Part shown: positions 54,917 through 64,000 of the stretch, piece after piece | How positions within the stretch are numbered: position 1 is the first letter of the stretch | How the letters are laid out: each line of letters starts with the position of its first letter | Sequence record: MN695334.1 | Direction: 5' to 3' (one strand) | DNA length: 64,000 nt | The notes under the pieces: model-generated | Database searches by the model: none | The model's input: the letters and a program-made list of their open reading frames with translations, nothing else | What the model was told of the DNA's origin: nothing | Program-made: the position numbers and the translations under genes

Positions 54917-55519
54917 ATGACCATGGCTGAAGACTCAATCAATTTAAAGTTTCTGCAATCGCGGATTAATGACATCAAACAAGAAGGTCAAGAATCTGTC
55001 GATTTTACAATCGAATATCTTCAATGTCTTATAGCTCGACATGATCTAATGGAATCTATTCCTGATGATTTTGAGCTTGATGATGTTCCGGATAGTATTT
55101 TGGATACTCTTCGTAAAGGAGAAATTCCAACAAAAGACGAGATCATTCTCATGGATACGGAGATTCAAAATTATTTTCTATTTGAACTGATTTGGTTGTG
55201 TGGTATGACTGCTATTGCATATTATACTTCCGACGAATCGGACAACGAACAACAAAACAATCCGAATACATTTGACGTTATTGTGAGTATGTTAGAAGTA
55301 TCCCCTGGACATGCGACAGGTTGTTATCTGATTGCAGTTTTTACTCTTCTTATGAGTCAGCTTCCAACAGAAGCAATGATTTCTAATATTACTAATAATT
55401 TCTCAGATGATTTTGATCAATGTCAAAAAAATATGGATTATTTTGTAGAACTAGCTTCTTCAATCTTGACCAGACATAAAGAAGATAAATTATATATGAG
55501 TGGAATCGATCTTGCCTGA
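54917..55519 (+). CDS. Acidic hypothetical protein
   Basis: 200-aa ORF with GGAGA Shine-Dalgarno. Confidence 0.7.
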   Translation: MTMAEDSINLKFLQSRINDIKQEGQESVDFTIEYLQCLIARHDLMESIPDDFELDDVPDSILDTLRKGEIPTKDEIILMDTEIQNYFLFELIWLCGMTAIAYYTSDESDNEQQNNPNTFDVIVSMLEVSPGHATGCYLIAVFTLLMSQLPTEAMISNITNNFSDDFDQCQKNMDYFVELASSILTRHKEDKLYMSGIDLA

Positions 55520-55676
55520 CTTTGATGTAACATCCCCATGGTTTGAATTCAATAGCTATTGCTTTTGTTGTGAATCATTGGGTGTGGTTCCCACCATAAC
55601 AAAATTTTTACGTTATAATCAATTTTATAAAAATAACTTTAATGAAAAAACGCAAAGGTTTGACGACCAAAATTAA
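55512..55676 (+). CDS. Small hypothetical protein (54 aa, TTG start)
   Basis: MPDFDVTSPWFEFNSYCFCCESLGVVPTITKFLRY...; fills an apparent intergenic gap. Confidence 0.5.
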   Translation: MPDFDVTSPWFEFNSYCFCCESLGVVPTITKFLRYNQFYKNNFNEKTQRFDDQN

Positions 55677-55884
55677 ACCACTAGCGAATACAATTTCACC
55701 ACGAAATTGTACGACCCCATTTCATGAAGCCTTCCCAATTAAATTGACATACATAGATAATAAAGTAGAAAAAAATTGTTACTTTGTCTGTAAGGAACAT
55801 CTACAATCTTACATAACTAGATATAATATAAAAAAAGACGAAGCTAAAATAGAAAAAACATTACCACAAACTGGAGTAAATTAA
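55642..55884 (+). CDS. Hypothetical protein
   Basis: PFHEAFPIKL...CYFVC.EHL..YI.RY. Confidence 0.65.
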   Translation: MKKRKGLTTKIKPLANTISPRNCTTPFHEAFPIKLTYIDNKVEKNCYFVCKEHLQSYITRYNIKKDEAKIEKTLPQTGVN

Positions 55885-55885
55885 A

Positions 55886-56116
55886 ATGGCATTGAGTGAT
55901 AAAGTAGAAGATAAACTAAAAGAAGCAGAAGGTGTTTTGCGGGACGCAATTTACTGGGCAGCTAAGAATGAAAATCCCGTTGTAATTAGTTCAATTTCTA
56001 AAATTATTTGTGAAATTGACATGTTAATGAAAATCGATAAGTTTCAGGACAAACTTGAAGAGTTAATGAAAAAGCAAAACGGCAATGATTCTGGATTTCT
56101 TGGTGGATTTTTTTGA
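55886..56116 (+). CDS. Hypothetical protein
   Basis: MALS..VE.KL.EA...LR.A...AA.NE. Confidence 0.65.
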   Translation: MALSDKVEDKLKEAEGVLRDAIYWAAKNENPVVISSISKIICEIDMLMKIDKFQDKLEELMKKQNGNDSGFLGGFF

Positions 56117-56134
56117 TAATTATAGGATAATATA

Positions 56135-56335
56135 ATGGATTTTATAGCTGGCCTAATTGTTGGTGCTTTTGTTGTTGGTGGTATGGCTCAACTATACTCA
56201 ATGCGGGACTCAAATAATGGATGGATACAGTGTAAATTGCAACCTAAAATATGTGAAGCAAGATTCACACAATATAAAGCTCAAATAAAACTTGAAAAAT
56301 TAAGAGAAAAAAATCAAAAAGAATTTGGTTTTTAG
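56135..56335 (+). CDS. Small membrane protein
   Basis: N-terminal hydrophobic helix. Confidence 0.5.
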   Translation: MDFIAGLIVGAFVVGGMAQLYSMRDSNNGWIQCKLQPKICEARFTQYKAQIKLEKLREKNQKEFGF

Positions 56336-56379
56336 TTAAAAATTATTTTAGTCGTATGTCAAAACAGTGAGGAATAAAT

Positions 56380-56889
56380 TTGAATATTTTTGTCACATCA
56401 AAATTTCCTGCAGAAAGTGCTATTGTACTTCCCGATAAACATATAACAAAAATGCCACTTGAATCATGCCAAATGCTTTCAATCGTTGCATCGAAGTGGT
56501 ATCATGATTATGGTAATTTAATGAAATCTGATGGAACACCATACAAGACGGAAAAGGGAGCTTTTCGAAATCATCCATGCACTAAGTGGGCAGCCGAATC
56601 AATTCATAATGCTTATTGGTTAATCAAGCATGGTATGAATCTATGTGATGAATTTCAACTACGTTATGGGAAGCCACACGCATGTTATAATACTTTAGTC
56701 GATGCGTATTACTTATTCCCTAAAGGTAAAATTACTGAAGTATCTTCTTTTGTGCGAGCGATGCCGGATGAATTTAAACTTGACGAAACCATTGACACTT
56801 TTACTGCTTACAAGATGTACATTGGGTCCAAACCTTGGGTTGCATCTAATTATCTTCGTATGCCAAGCCGAAAGCCTGAGTGGGTCTAA
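56380..56889 (+). CDS. Pyrimidine-dimer DNA glycosylase (DenV)-like family protein
   Basis: MNIF...DKH..KM.LESCQML, HPCT.W, EF..RYGK.H, RAMPD. Confidence 0.7.
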   Translation: MNIFVTSKFPAESAIVLPDKHITKMPLESCQMLSIVASKWYHDYGNLMKSDGTPYKTEKGAFRNHPCTKWAAESIHNAYWLIKHGMNLCDEFQLRYGKPHACYNTLVDAYYLFPKGKITEVSSFVRAMPDEFKLDETIDTFTAYKMYIGSKPWVASNYLRMPSRKPEWV

Positions 56890-56987
56890 ATATTTCTAAA
56901 GACATTTATTACATAAAAATTATACAAAAATTTGTATAGAACAATTTAAAGCAAAATCCAAACTTTACAACAATATATAAATCAAAA

Positions 56988-57242
56988 ATGAGATTTTTCA
57001 TTTATTCCAAGAACAATTGCCCATACTGTGAAAAGATTAAAACCGTCATGGCGACGTATAATTTTGAACATGTAGTATATACTTTAGATGAGGATTTTAC
57101 TCGACAACAATTTATTGAGAAACATGGTGTGGGCTCAACTTTCCCCCAGGTGATTATGCAAGAGGATATTGGTTTGGAAGGAATTGAATTGGGTGGCTGT
57201 GTGGATACGGTAAAATACCTAAGAGAAAATGGTTTTATATAA
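56988..57242 (+). CDS. nrdC: Glutaredoxin
   Basis: CPYC, TFPQV, GGC.D. Confidence 0.88.
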   Translation: MRFFIYSKNNCPYCEKIKTVMATYNFEHVVYTLDEDFTRQQFIEKHGVGSTFPQVIMQEDIGLEGIELGGCVDTVKYLRENGFI

Positions 57243-57592
57243 TGGAAGAAGCATTTTATGATATAGAGAAAGCAATAGATTATGCTTTCACTGAAAGAAA
57301 ATTCGTTATGAATTTCTACTCTTATTTAAAAGTCAAGAATGCAAGAAGAATCGATGCTCAGTCATTTAAAGAAAGTTTAACGGCTAGGAACATACAGAAT
57401 CTAGCCGAGGAATTACATCTTTATATTGATGGTGGGCAGACAAATAATGCAAAAATGCTAAGAGAAGCATATGGGCATATTTCAAAACCCGAGGCCAGAA
57501 AAATCGAAAATTACCTTCTTAAGTTCATATCCGATTGCGATCAATATATTAAAGATAAAAATGCCAAAAAGGGAAGAAAGCAAGCTAAATAA
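57242..57592 (+). CDS. Conserved cyanophage hypothetical protein
   Basis: IEKAIDYAF, LREAYGHI.KPEARKI..YL. Confidence 0.7.
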   Translation: MEEAFYDIEKAIDYAFTERKFVMNFYSYLKVKNARRIDAQSFKESLTARNIQNLAEELHLYIDGGQTNNAKMLREAYGHISKPEARKIENYLLKFISDCDQYIKDKNAKKGRKQAK

Positions 57593-57737
57593 TACAGGAA
57601 ATCGAGGATTTGAATGGATGCTCGATTCGGAAAGTAATAATAAACAAAAGGAGGAATCTGTTTTTAGTTATAGATTTAAGAAATTCATTTCTTTTCTTTA
57701 TGAGAGAATCAAATTCTTAAGAAATTATCCAAGATAA
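57561..57737 (+). CDS. Small hypothetical protein
   Basis: LNNTGNRGFEWML; start placed at ATG 57561. Confidence 0.45.
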   Translation: MPKREESKLNNTGNRGFEWMLDSESNNKQKEESVFSYRFKKFISFLYERIKFLRNYPR

Positions 57738-57757
57738 AAACTATTCGGAGAATATAA

Positions 57758-58015
57758 ATGTATACAATTGCTGTTTTTATGAGCGTTGTTTTAACATTAT
57801 TACTTTTTATTGTAGGGGGCATTGTTGGTTGGATCGCAACACTGTATTTGAATACTTTAGGTACGCAACAGCCTTTTATTCATCCAGAATTTTTTGATAG
57901 TAATGGTAACATTATACCAGACGAGATCATTGCAGTAAGAATTACACCTAAATTAAACATTGAAGAAGACTATTATGACACAGACAGCAACGAGGAAGCC
58001 GAGGACTACAGCTAG
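57758..58015 (+). CDS. Small membrane protein
   Basis: N-terminal TM, HPEFFD.NGNIIPDEI. Confidence 0.7.
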   Translation: MYTIAVFMSVVLTLLLFIVGGIVGWIATLYLNTLGTQQPFIHPEFFDSNGNIIPDEIIAVRITPKLNIEEDYYDTDSNEEAEDYS

Positions 58016-58550
58016 TGCGGCAAAAAAGGTAAGTTTGGATTTACCAGCAAATCCTTTTCAACATGAAATACTAGAACTAGCATGTAAACAGAAAACAAAG
58101 GCTAAAAAAATTGAAGTTCTACAAAAATATGCTAACGACGCACTAACTAGTCTCATAATTTGGAATTATGATGAGACCGTTATTACGCTATTACCTTTTG
58201 GGGATGTTCCATATTCAAAAGTCGCTGATATCTTACCTGGAAACTCGACTCTGACTGAATCGATCACTCATCAAATCGATGATAAAATGGTTGATGCCGT
58301 TGGTGGAAATCAAAGAACCACCCTAAGGACGGAATATACAAAATTCCATAATTTTATTCAGGGTGGAAATAATACCCTCAGCACCATTCGAAGAGAGACT
58401 ATTTTTATTCAACTTCTAGAGGGCCTACATCCCAAAGAAGCAGAAATCGTATGTTTGGTCAAGGATAAGAAATTGGCAACTAAGTATAATTTATCCTTTG
58501 ATCTTATTAAGGAAGCCTACCCCCATATTGTCTGGGGTGGTAGATCCTAA
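57975..58550 (+). CDS. Conserved T4-like hypothetical protein
   Basis: EIL....K..K..K...LQ, LP.G.VPY, RRE.IFIQLLEGLHP.EA. Confidence 0.75.
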   Translation: MTQTATRKPRTTASAAKKVSLDLPANPFQHEILELACKQKTKAKKIEVLQKYANDALTSLIIWNYDETVITLLPFGDVPYSKVADILPGNSTLTESITHQIDDKMVDAVGGNQRTTLRTEYTKFHNFIQGGNNTLSTIRRETIFIQLLEGLHPKEAEIVCLVKDKKLATKYNLSFDLIKEAYPHIVWGGRS

Positions 58551-58583
58551 TTTATAAATTATAAAACAACAGAGAGAATACCA

Positions 58584-58775
58584 ATGTCAAATGGGTTCAG
58601 TAATTCTATTAAGGTCTCTTTACGTAAAGATGGCATTAATGAATTACTTAAAAAATATAAAAATGCTAAAAAAATAATGAAATCTAATTTATACCAAGTC
58701 CAGGTTATGGATGGCACTGAAAAATATATTTCATCATTGATTTGTGAAGCCAATGAGAACCCCCCTGACCTCTGA
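58584..58775 (+). CDS. Hypothetical protein
   Basis: 63-aa ORF coupled to speD. Confidence 0.55.
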   Translation: MSNGFSNSIKVSLRKDGINELLKKYKNAKKIMKSNLYQVQVMDGTEKYISSLICEANENPPDL

Positions 58776-59101
58776 TGGGAAAACATTACTTACTAGACCT
58801 ATATGGTTGCGAATTTGAAGTATTAGATAATCTAGAATTTCTACTACAACTTCTAGTAGATTCGGCTCTTCTTTGTGGTGCAACTATTTTGAATAAGTGC
58901 TATCATAAATTTGAGCCACAAGGGGTTACAATTATTCTCTTATTGGCCGAGTCACATATTTCAATACATACTGTACCTGAGAAGGGAGAGGCATATGTTG
59001 ATGTGTATACTTGTAGTATAGTAGATCCAGAAATTTCATGTCTTAAAATTATTGATGAAATAAAACCATCACGACATAATTTAAGATTATTTGATAGGTA
59101 G
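58775..59101 (+). CDS. speD: S-adenosylmethionine decarboxylase proenzyme
   Basis: MGKH...DLYGC, FEPQGVT, LAESHISIHT.PE (ES self-cleavage site), VDVYTC. Confidence 0.9.
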   Translation: MGKHYLLDLYGCEFEVLDNLEFLLQLLVDSALLCGATILNKCYHKFEPQGVTIILLLAESHISIHTVPEKGEAYVDVYTCSIVDPEISCLKIIDEIKPSRHNLRLFDR

Positions 59102-59170
59102 GTGATTTAGAAAGTATCTAATCTTCCCTTTTGGGTAAAATAATATAAACTTTAAGATATAGTGGTGTAT

Positions 59171-59410
59171 ATGCGAGACGAAAGAATTAAACTAATTATT
59201 AAAAATATAGATCTTCTTCTTAGACAATTAAAGTTGGAATTTGGGGAAGATGTTGAACCGGAATTAACTGAAGAAAAATCTAACAAATCTAATTTGATTA
59301 GTATTCGGGATTTACTTATGCCGGAGGATTATGAGGAACCTCCGTATTACGAAGAACCCGAAAAAGATTTACCTAATATTTCTGTAAGATGGAGAAACAA
59401 AAATGTATGA
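59171..59410 (+). CDS. Hypothetical protein
   Basis: ER.KLI.KN..LL...LK.E motif, acidic. Confidence 0.55.
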   Translation: MRDERIKLIIKNIDLLLRQLKLEFGEDVEPELTEEKSNKSNLISIRDLLMPEDYEEPPYYEEPEKDLPNISVRWRNKNV

Positions 59411-59564
59411 TTTAACTGACTTTGAAAAAGAACTGGGAAAATTTTCCGATAGAATTGAAATCATTGTTGCCCTTGAAATTGGGGGTAAGATTTCGGCAGA
59501 TGATGCATATGCAATGGTCAAGGAAGAATATAAAAAATTAAAAAAAATGCATAAATCGAATTAA
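59403..59564 (+). CDS. Small conserved cyanophage hypothetical protein (53 aa)
   Basis: MYDLTDFEKELGKFSDRIEIIVALEIGGKISADDAY..VK.EYKKLKK. Confidence 0.6.
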   Translation: MYDLTDFEKELGKFSDRIEIIVALEIGGKISADDAYAMVKEEYKKLKKMHKSN

Positions 59565-59566
59565 TT

Positions 59567-60319
59567 ATGAAACCAATAAAAGCGAATGATCTTCTTGAAT
59601 TAGATCAAAGATTACAGACTGTGCTTCTACAGTGCTATCCAATTCCAGAACAGGTCATTTATCAAGCAGGTAAGAATGATTATTCGGAAATTCCCATTCA
59701 TGAACAAGTAATACCAAACCCAAAAGAATGTGGTGAGTGGATTGTAGATGAACTTCTGAGTAATGATAAGGGCCATTATGGGCCACTAGAACATCCAGGT
59801 ATTACTTTTTCTGTGTCTGGTTATGTACATAATGTAATGGTGCAAGGAAGAACTCATCGAATTGGAACATCGTGGGATGTTCAGTCACAGCGTTATACTG
59901 GAAAGCGTGTGACCAAAGTTGCTACAGGCGAACTTGCAGTTGACGATGTTTTCTATATACGTCCTCCTGGTTTTTATACAAACAGAAAAGGTAAAAAGTA
60001 TGATTGGACGCAGGATGACTATAATGATGAATTGGAGTTTATTCTGCTGGGCTGTAAGCGATATGCACAAAAATATGAAAAGGGAATGTGTGAGGAACAT
60101 ATTCGGGATTATCTAGTGCAAGCAATTCGTCAAAATTTTGTGGTTTCGTTTAATCTCCGGTCTGTTCTACACTTTTTAGATCTGAGAGCCAAAATGGATG
60201 CACAATTAGAAATTCAGGCCCTTTGTGCTCAACTTGCCCCATTACTTGAAAGATGGGCACCTAATGTTTGGAAGTATTATGAGCTAAAGCGACTACATCG
60301 AGCTAAACTAAGTCCATAA
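59567..60319 (+). CDS. thyX: FAD-dependent thymidylate synthase
   Basis: H.GPLEH, QGRTHRIGTSWDVQSQRY, EE..R..L, NLRS..HFLDLR, AQLEI. Confidence 0.92.
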   Translation: MKPIKANDLLELDQRLQTVLLQCYPIPEQVIYQAGKNDYSEIPIHEQVIPNPKECGEWIVDELLSNDKGHYGPLEHPGITFSVSGYVHNVMVQGRTHRIGTSWDVQSQRYTGKRVTKVATGELAVDDVFYIRPPGFYTNRKGKKYDWTQDDYNDELEFILLGCKRYAQKYEKGMCEEHIRDYLVQAIRQNFVVSFNLRSVLHFLDLRAKMDAQLEIQALCAQLAPLLERWAPNVWKYYELKRLHRAKLSP

Positions 60320-60343
60320 ATAAATCGCCAGATAAGTGGAATT

Positions 60344-60502
60344 ATGAGAAATTGGTGCGTAAAAGTCGTCAAAACTGGCGACATATTTAAGGTATTTTTA
60401 ACTGAAAATGAATTTAGAGAGTTTCTTGTTGAGAATCCAGAAATAGGAGAGTGTATCGAGTGTGTCGATTGTGACGATGCGCCATCACTATTAATCGAAT
60501 AA
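60344..60502 (+). CDS. Small hypothetical protein (52 aa)
   Basis: MRNWCVKVVKTGDIFKVFLTENEFREFL.ENPEI.EC..C.DC; TAAATA upstream. Confidence 0.5.
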   Translation: MRNWCVKVVKTGDIFKVFLTENEFREFLVENPEIGECIECVDCDDAPSLLIE

Positions 60503-60535
60503 ATAGAACACATTCATATAATTGAGGTTTAGTAA

Positions 60536-60784
60536 TTGGCCATTTATCCGATCTATAATCCGGTAACGGGAGAAAAAAGAGTTGTTGAAATGAGCGTACA
60601 TGAAATTACACAATGGTATAAAGATAATCCCCCCTGGTCTAGGGATTGGGGTGAAGGTGGCGCTTCTATTGGGTCTGAAGGTGAATGGAAAGATAAATTA
60701 AATAAATCTCACCCATCATGGAATGAGATTCTAAAAAATGCAAAAAAAACTGGTGGTATGAATTCAAGAGTGGAGACTTTATGA
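60536..60784 (+). CDS. Conserved cyanophage hypothetical protein
   Basis: TTG start, IYP..NP.TGEK...MSVHE...W.K.NP.W.RDW. Confidence 0.7.
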   Translation: MAIYPIYNPVTGEKRVVEMSVHEITQWYKDNPPWSRDWGEGGASIGSEGEWKDKLNKSHPSWNEILKNAKKTGGMNSRVETL

Positions 60785-61542
60785 CAAGGGCACGACGTAA
60801 AACACGGCAACAAGCAAACATTCCGTTAAACAAGAAAAAGACTCAAAATCCTTTAGTAACATTAGATCATTTAATTGAGTTACAGCCACTCACTGAAAAT
60901 CAAGAAAAACTATTTGCTTCTTATGATAAAGGAAAAAATATCGTCGCTCATGGGTATCCTGGTACAGGAAAGAGCCTATGCTTGCTCTACAAGGCCCTGG
61001 AAGACGTTCTAGACCCTAAGACGCCCTACAAGAAGGTCATCATGGTAAGATCCACTGTAGCCACCAGAGACATTGGATTTCTGAAGGGCAGTGTGGAAGA
61101 AAAAATTGGTGAGTATGAAAAGCCATATAAGTACATGATCAAAAATCTTTTTGATTTTAACTCAGATGAGCAGTATGAACTTCTTTATGGGAATTTAAAG
61201 GCACAGAAATCATTCTATTTCATGTCAACTAGTTTTGTTCGTGGAATGACCTTTGATGAATGTGTTTTGATTGTTGATGAATTTTCTAATATGTCTTTTC
61301 ATGAATTGGATTCTTTGATTACTCGTGTTGGTATGGATTCTAAGATTCATTTCAGTGGTGATCTCGCCCAATCCGATCTTGTAAAAAAATCAGAGAGAGA
61401 TGGGGCTTCGACCTTTTTACCGATTCTTAGTGAAATGGAATCTTTTGAAAGGATAGATTTTGGTATTGATGATATATGCAGAAGTGGACTTGTGAAAGAA
61501 TACATCGTTGCAAAACATGACCTTGGATTATTTTTTGATTAA
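60781..61542 (+). CDS. phoH: PhoH-family ATPase
   Basis: PLTENQ, GYPGTGKS, RS.V.TRDIGFL.G, STSFVRG.T, VDEFSN, GDLAQSD, RSGLV. Confidence 0.93.
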   Translation: MTRARRKTRQQANIPLNKKKTQNPLVTLDHLIELQPLTENQEKLFASYDKGKNIVAHGYPGTGKSLCLLYKALEDVLDPKTPYKKVIMVRSTVATRDIGFLKGSVEEKIGEYEKPYKYMIKNLFDFNSDEQYELLYGNLKAQKSFYFMSTSFVRGMTFDECVLIVDEFSNMSFHELDSLITRVGMDSKIHFSGDLAQSDLVKKSERDGASTFLPILSEMESFERIDFGIDDICRSGLVKEYIVAKHDLGLFFD

Positions 61543-61547
61543 TTGAC

Positions 61548-61669
61548 TAAATAGTACGTCTGTCTAGACTGCAATCTCTACGGGCAAGGCTAGGTGCTCT
61601 TTATTGGTCATCTAGCCTTCTATAAAAAATTATTTAAATAAATAATAGTGCAGTCTAGATAGAATAGTA
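61548..61669 (+). promoter_or_regulatory. Late promoters and structured leader of endonuclease gene
   Basis: TAAATA 61548 and 61635/61639; inverted repeat TCTAGACTGCA 61563-61573 / TGCAGTCTAGA 61649-61659; inner AAGGCTAG/CTAGCCTT hairpin. Confidence 0.7.
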
Positions 61670-62341
61670 ATGACTAAACAAAGTCCACGTATTTACGTAT
61701 ACAAAATTACGTTTGAAGAAGTTCAGTATTATTATTACGGATGCCATAAAGAAAAAAAGTTTGGTGAGCATTATATGGGGTCGCCAGTTACAAATAAATG
61801 GGTGTGGAACCATTATACTCCCCAAATACAAATTCTACAGTGTTTTGAATTTAGTGATGAAGGTTATAGACAAGCTAGAGAAATAGAAAATAGATTAGTC
61901 GGGTCTGTTTTTAATAAAGATAGATGGTGTTTAAATGAACACTGTGGTGGAACACATTCTTTAAAAATTCTTAAAGAGAATGGCCAAAAAACCTATGAAC
62001 TTGGTATTGGAGTTCATGGGAGAACTAAAAAACAAATGAGTGAAGATGGTAGAAAAGCTGGTCAAAAAAATTATGAAAATGGCACCGGATGTTTTTCACT
62101 GACTCCAGAACAAAGAAGCATTGTTAGTAGAAGAGCAGGACAAAGAACATATGAAAATGGCACCGGAATTTTTTCGATGACATTAGAAAAAGCAAGTGCG
62201 GCTCGTAAAAAAGGAACCCAAACAATCAACTCTAGAAAATATCAATGCACTAAAACTGGATATATTTCTACTGCTGGGCCACTTTCTGTATATCAAAAAG
62301 CCAGAAGAATTGACACTTCTAATAGAGTCCGAATACAGTGA
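61670..62341 (+). CDS. Free-standing GIY-YIG homing endonuclease, short-repeat paralog of 319-1404
   Basis: Near-identical N-terminus KQSPRIYVYKITFEEVQYYYYG and similar C-terminus; only about 3 repeats. Confidence 0.8.
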   Translation: MTKQSPRIYVYKITFEEVQYYYYGCHKEKKFGEHYMGSPVTNKWVWNHYTPQIQILQCFEFSDEGYRQAREIENRLVGSVFNKDRWCLNEHCGGTHSLKILKENGQKTYELGIGVHGRTKKQMSEDGRKAGQKNYENGTGCFSLTPEQRSIVSRRAGQRTYENGTGIFSMTLEKASAARKKGTQTINSRKYQCTKTGYISTAGPLSVYQKARRIDTSNRVRIQ

Positions 62342-62344
62342 CAC

Positions 62345-62373
62345 TTGACGAAATTGAGAGACCATGCTACGAT
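62345..62373 (+). promoter_or_regulatory. Sigma70-type promoter
   Basis: TTGACG-17 nt-TACGAT with extended TG. Confidence 0.75.
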
Positions 62374-62396
62374 ACCAGAAGGTCTGAAGATACTAA

Positions 62397-63068
62397 ATGC
62401 AATTTACACATAATATTCTGGATGTCCCTAAGTTAAAGAGATTTCATCTTGACGGTAAGAGATTCTATCAAAATCCCAATTCTGATACGATAAAAAATTA
62501 TATTTCGATCACGACTATTACTTCACATTACAATAAAGAGAAGTTTAAGGCGTGGAGAGAAAGAGTCGGAGAAGAAGAAGCCAATAGGATTACGAATGCC
62601 GCGACTAGCCGTGGTACACAAATGCATACCTTGGTGGAGCACTATATTGGAAACGAACCACTTCCAAAAGCCGCTCCACTACCAAGAATGTTGTTTGACG
62701 TAGCAAGGCCAGAGTTAAATAAGATAAATAATATATTAGGTATCGAAATTCCACTCTTTTCAGAGTATTTCGGTATAGCCGGTACTTGCGATACTGTTGC
62801 TGAATATAATAATATTCTGAGCATTATCGACTATAAGACTTCCGAAAAACCAAAACCGAGAGAATGGATTGATTCATATTTCGTTCAAGCATTAGCGTAT
62901 AGTATAATGCTTTATGAAATGACCGGAATTAAAGCAAAACAACTTGTCATTATTATGGCATGTGAAAACGGAGAGGTTGAAGTTTATATCGAAACTGATT
63001 TCAAAAAATACCTCAAAATGCTTGTCGAATACATCAAAAAATTTAAACAGGATCATGACAGCAACTAA
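62397..63068 (+). CDS. Cas4-like PD-(D/E)xK exonuclease
   Basis: SITTI, WR..VGEEEAN, RGT.MH, AGTCD, IIDYKTS, YF.Q...YS. Confidence 0.88.
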   Translation: MQFTHNILDVPKLKRFHLDGKRFYQNPNSDTIKNYISITTITSHYNKEKFKAWRERVGEEEANRITNAATSRGTQMHTLVEHYIGNEPLPKAAPLPRMLFDVARPELNKINNILGIEIPLFSEYFGIAGTCDTVAEYNNILSIIDYKTSEKPKPREWIDSYFVQALAYSIMLYEMTGIKAKQLVIIMACENGEVEVYIETDFKKYLKMLVEYIKKFKQDHDSN

Positions 63069-63327
63069 TTATAAACAAGAATTACAAGAAGAACTAGAGA
63101 AGAAGTTTCACTCACCTGAAAAATTTGCACAGGGGGTCGAACTAATATTAAAGACAAATACAGAACATAATTACATTACTGCGATTGTGGAATATTGTGA
63201 ACTAAACCAAATAGATATTGAACTTGTACCCAAGCTCATGACAAAGCCACTGAAAGAAAAACTTAAGTGGACTGCAATGGAACTAAACTTTCTGAAAAAA
63301 ACTTCTCTCGGTAAATTGCCAATCTGA
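63055..63327 (+). CDS. gp33: Late promoter transcription coactivator
   Basis: KFA..VE, NYI.AIV.YCE.N.ID.E.V.KL..K.LKEKLK..A..LNFLK; synteny with gp59. Confidence 0.85.
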   Translation: MTATNYKQELQEELEKKFHSPEKFAQGVELILKTNTEHNYITAIVEYCELNQIDIELVPKLMTKPLKEKLKWTAMELNFLKKTSLGKLPI

Positions 63328-63337
63328 ACAATTACTT

Positions 63338-63940
63338 ATGTTGACCCCATATGATGTTTATGTGCTTTATTTGGCCTTGAAGTTACACTTCACTAGTCCC
63401 AGTTATAATTATTTCAAATATGGTGGAAAAATTAAGGCAAACGTACAATCCTTCAATAAACGGAAAGATCGATATTTCTTTGAGCACTTATCTAGAAAAA
63501 AACAAAAAACGGATTTGATCAATTATTTTGTATCTAACTTTATTGTATCTTCCGACCTATCAAAAATGTGGGTGGGTGAATTGAGAGAAAAGGGTGATGA
63601 TAACTACATTAAATGGAAAAGCAGAATACAATCTTTGCGTTATCTATTTGCACAAGATATTAATACTTTAATTAGAGAAGATCATATATACGAGACTTTG
63701 GTTGCCAAACCAAATACGCATCCTAAAGCCGTTAAATATTATTTGTCTGGTAAAATTTCATTAGAGACTCTAGTTATATTAAACGATATTACGTCTTTTG
63801 CTGATAAATTAGAGTCATCTTTGAGTCACGATCCGATATTTCATATCGTGTTAAATAAGATAAGAAAGTATAAATCATTTTTTGTTTATGACAAGCCGTC
63901 ATATGTAGAAGAATTTAAGGCCAAAATTTTTATTAAGTAA
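63338..63940 (+). CDS. gp59: Helicase loader
   Basis: Y..YLALK.HF....YNYFKY.GK, F.KRKD.YFF, YLSG.IS.ETL. Confidence 0.88.
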   Translation: MLTPYDVYVLYLALKLHFTSPSYNYFKYGGKIKANVQSFNKRKDRYFFEHLSRKKQKTDLINYFVSNFIVSSDLSKMWVGELREKGDDNYIKWKSRIQSLRYLFAQDINTLIREDHIYETLVAKPNTHPKAVKYYLSGKISLETLVILNDITSFADKLESSLSHDPIFHIVLNKIRKYKSFFVYDKPSYVEEFKAKIFIK

Positions 63941-64000
63941 TTTTCGGGTTGGTAAACCCAGTAAAAAAGTTTCCAATGTACCGTTATTTTAAAAATTAAA

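Noticed and set aside
58775-61542. speD, thyX, phoH (and mazG, hli) as novel auxiliary genes
   Set aside because: Well-known components of cyanomyovirus genomes, with nothing unusual seen here
61567-61574. ACTGCAA in the endonuclease leader matches the motif in the tRNA insert
   Set aside because: A 7-mer in a different structural context and 20 kb away, with no counterpart in the paralogous leader; likely chance
62397-63068. Cas4-like gene as evidence of a CRISPR-Cas system
   Set aside because: It is the usual core exonuclease between phoH and gp33 in T4-like cyanophages, with no array or other cas genes
1-64000. Stop-codon reassignment or alternative genetic code
   Set aside because: Core genes are full length under the standard code, TAA/TAG/TGA all end genes, and there is no suppressor tRNA

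Overview
64 kb of an AT-rich T4-like cyanophage (cyanomyovirus) genome, read almost entirely on the + strand, standard code. No database searches were run, so all family calls come from motif recognition. Gene order: end of gp46; replication core (gp45, gp44, gp62, regA, gp43, uvsX, gp41, mazG, gp61, nrdA, nrdB); a YkuD+GH19 endolysin; tail/fibre genes with long internal repeats; a tRNA region; an 11 kb glycan-modification cluster; rlpA and two hli genes; glutaredoxin, speD, thyX, phoH, exonuclease, gp33, gp59. The most striking feature is a candidate RNA-protein system at 38.7-40.9 kb. A DUF2828/TROVE-related vWA (Ro60-like) gene is flanked by five copies of a small hairpin element (8-9 bp terminal stem followed by W-CAGC-M-W and an A-rich loop). 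A sixth, circularly permuted copy forms a 38-nt insertion in the anticodon stem of an otherwise complete tRNA with a UCG anticodon. Secondary findings: three free-standing GIY-YIG endonuclease genes, each with traces of its insertion (a duplicated gp46 3' end, a duplicated start site, a duplicated TTGAC); a shared switch-like leader on two of them; a family of acidic/basic late proteins and two enzymes with T4-type capsid-targeting N-termini; and a structured leader upstream of rlpA.
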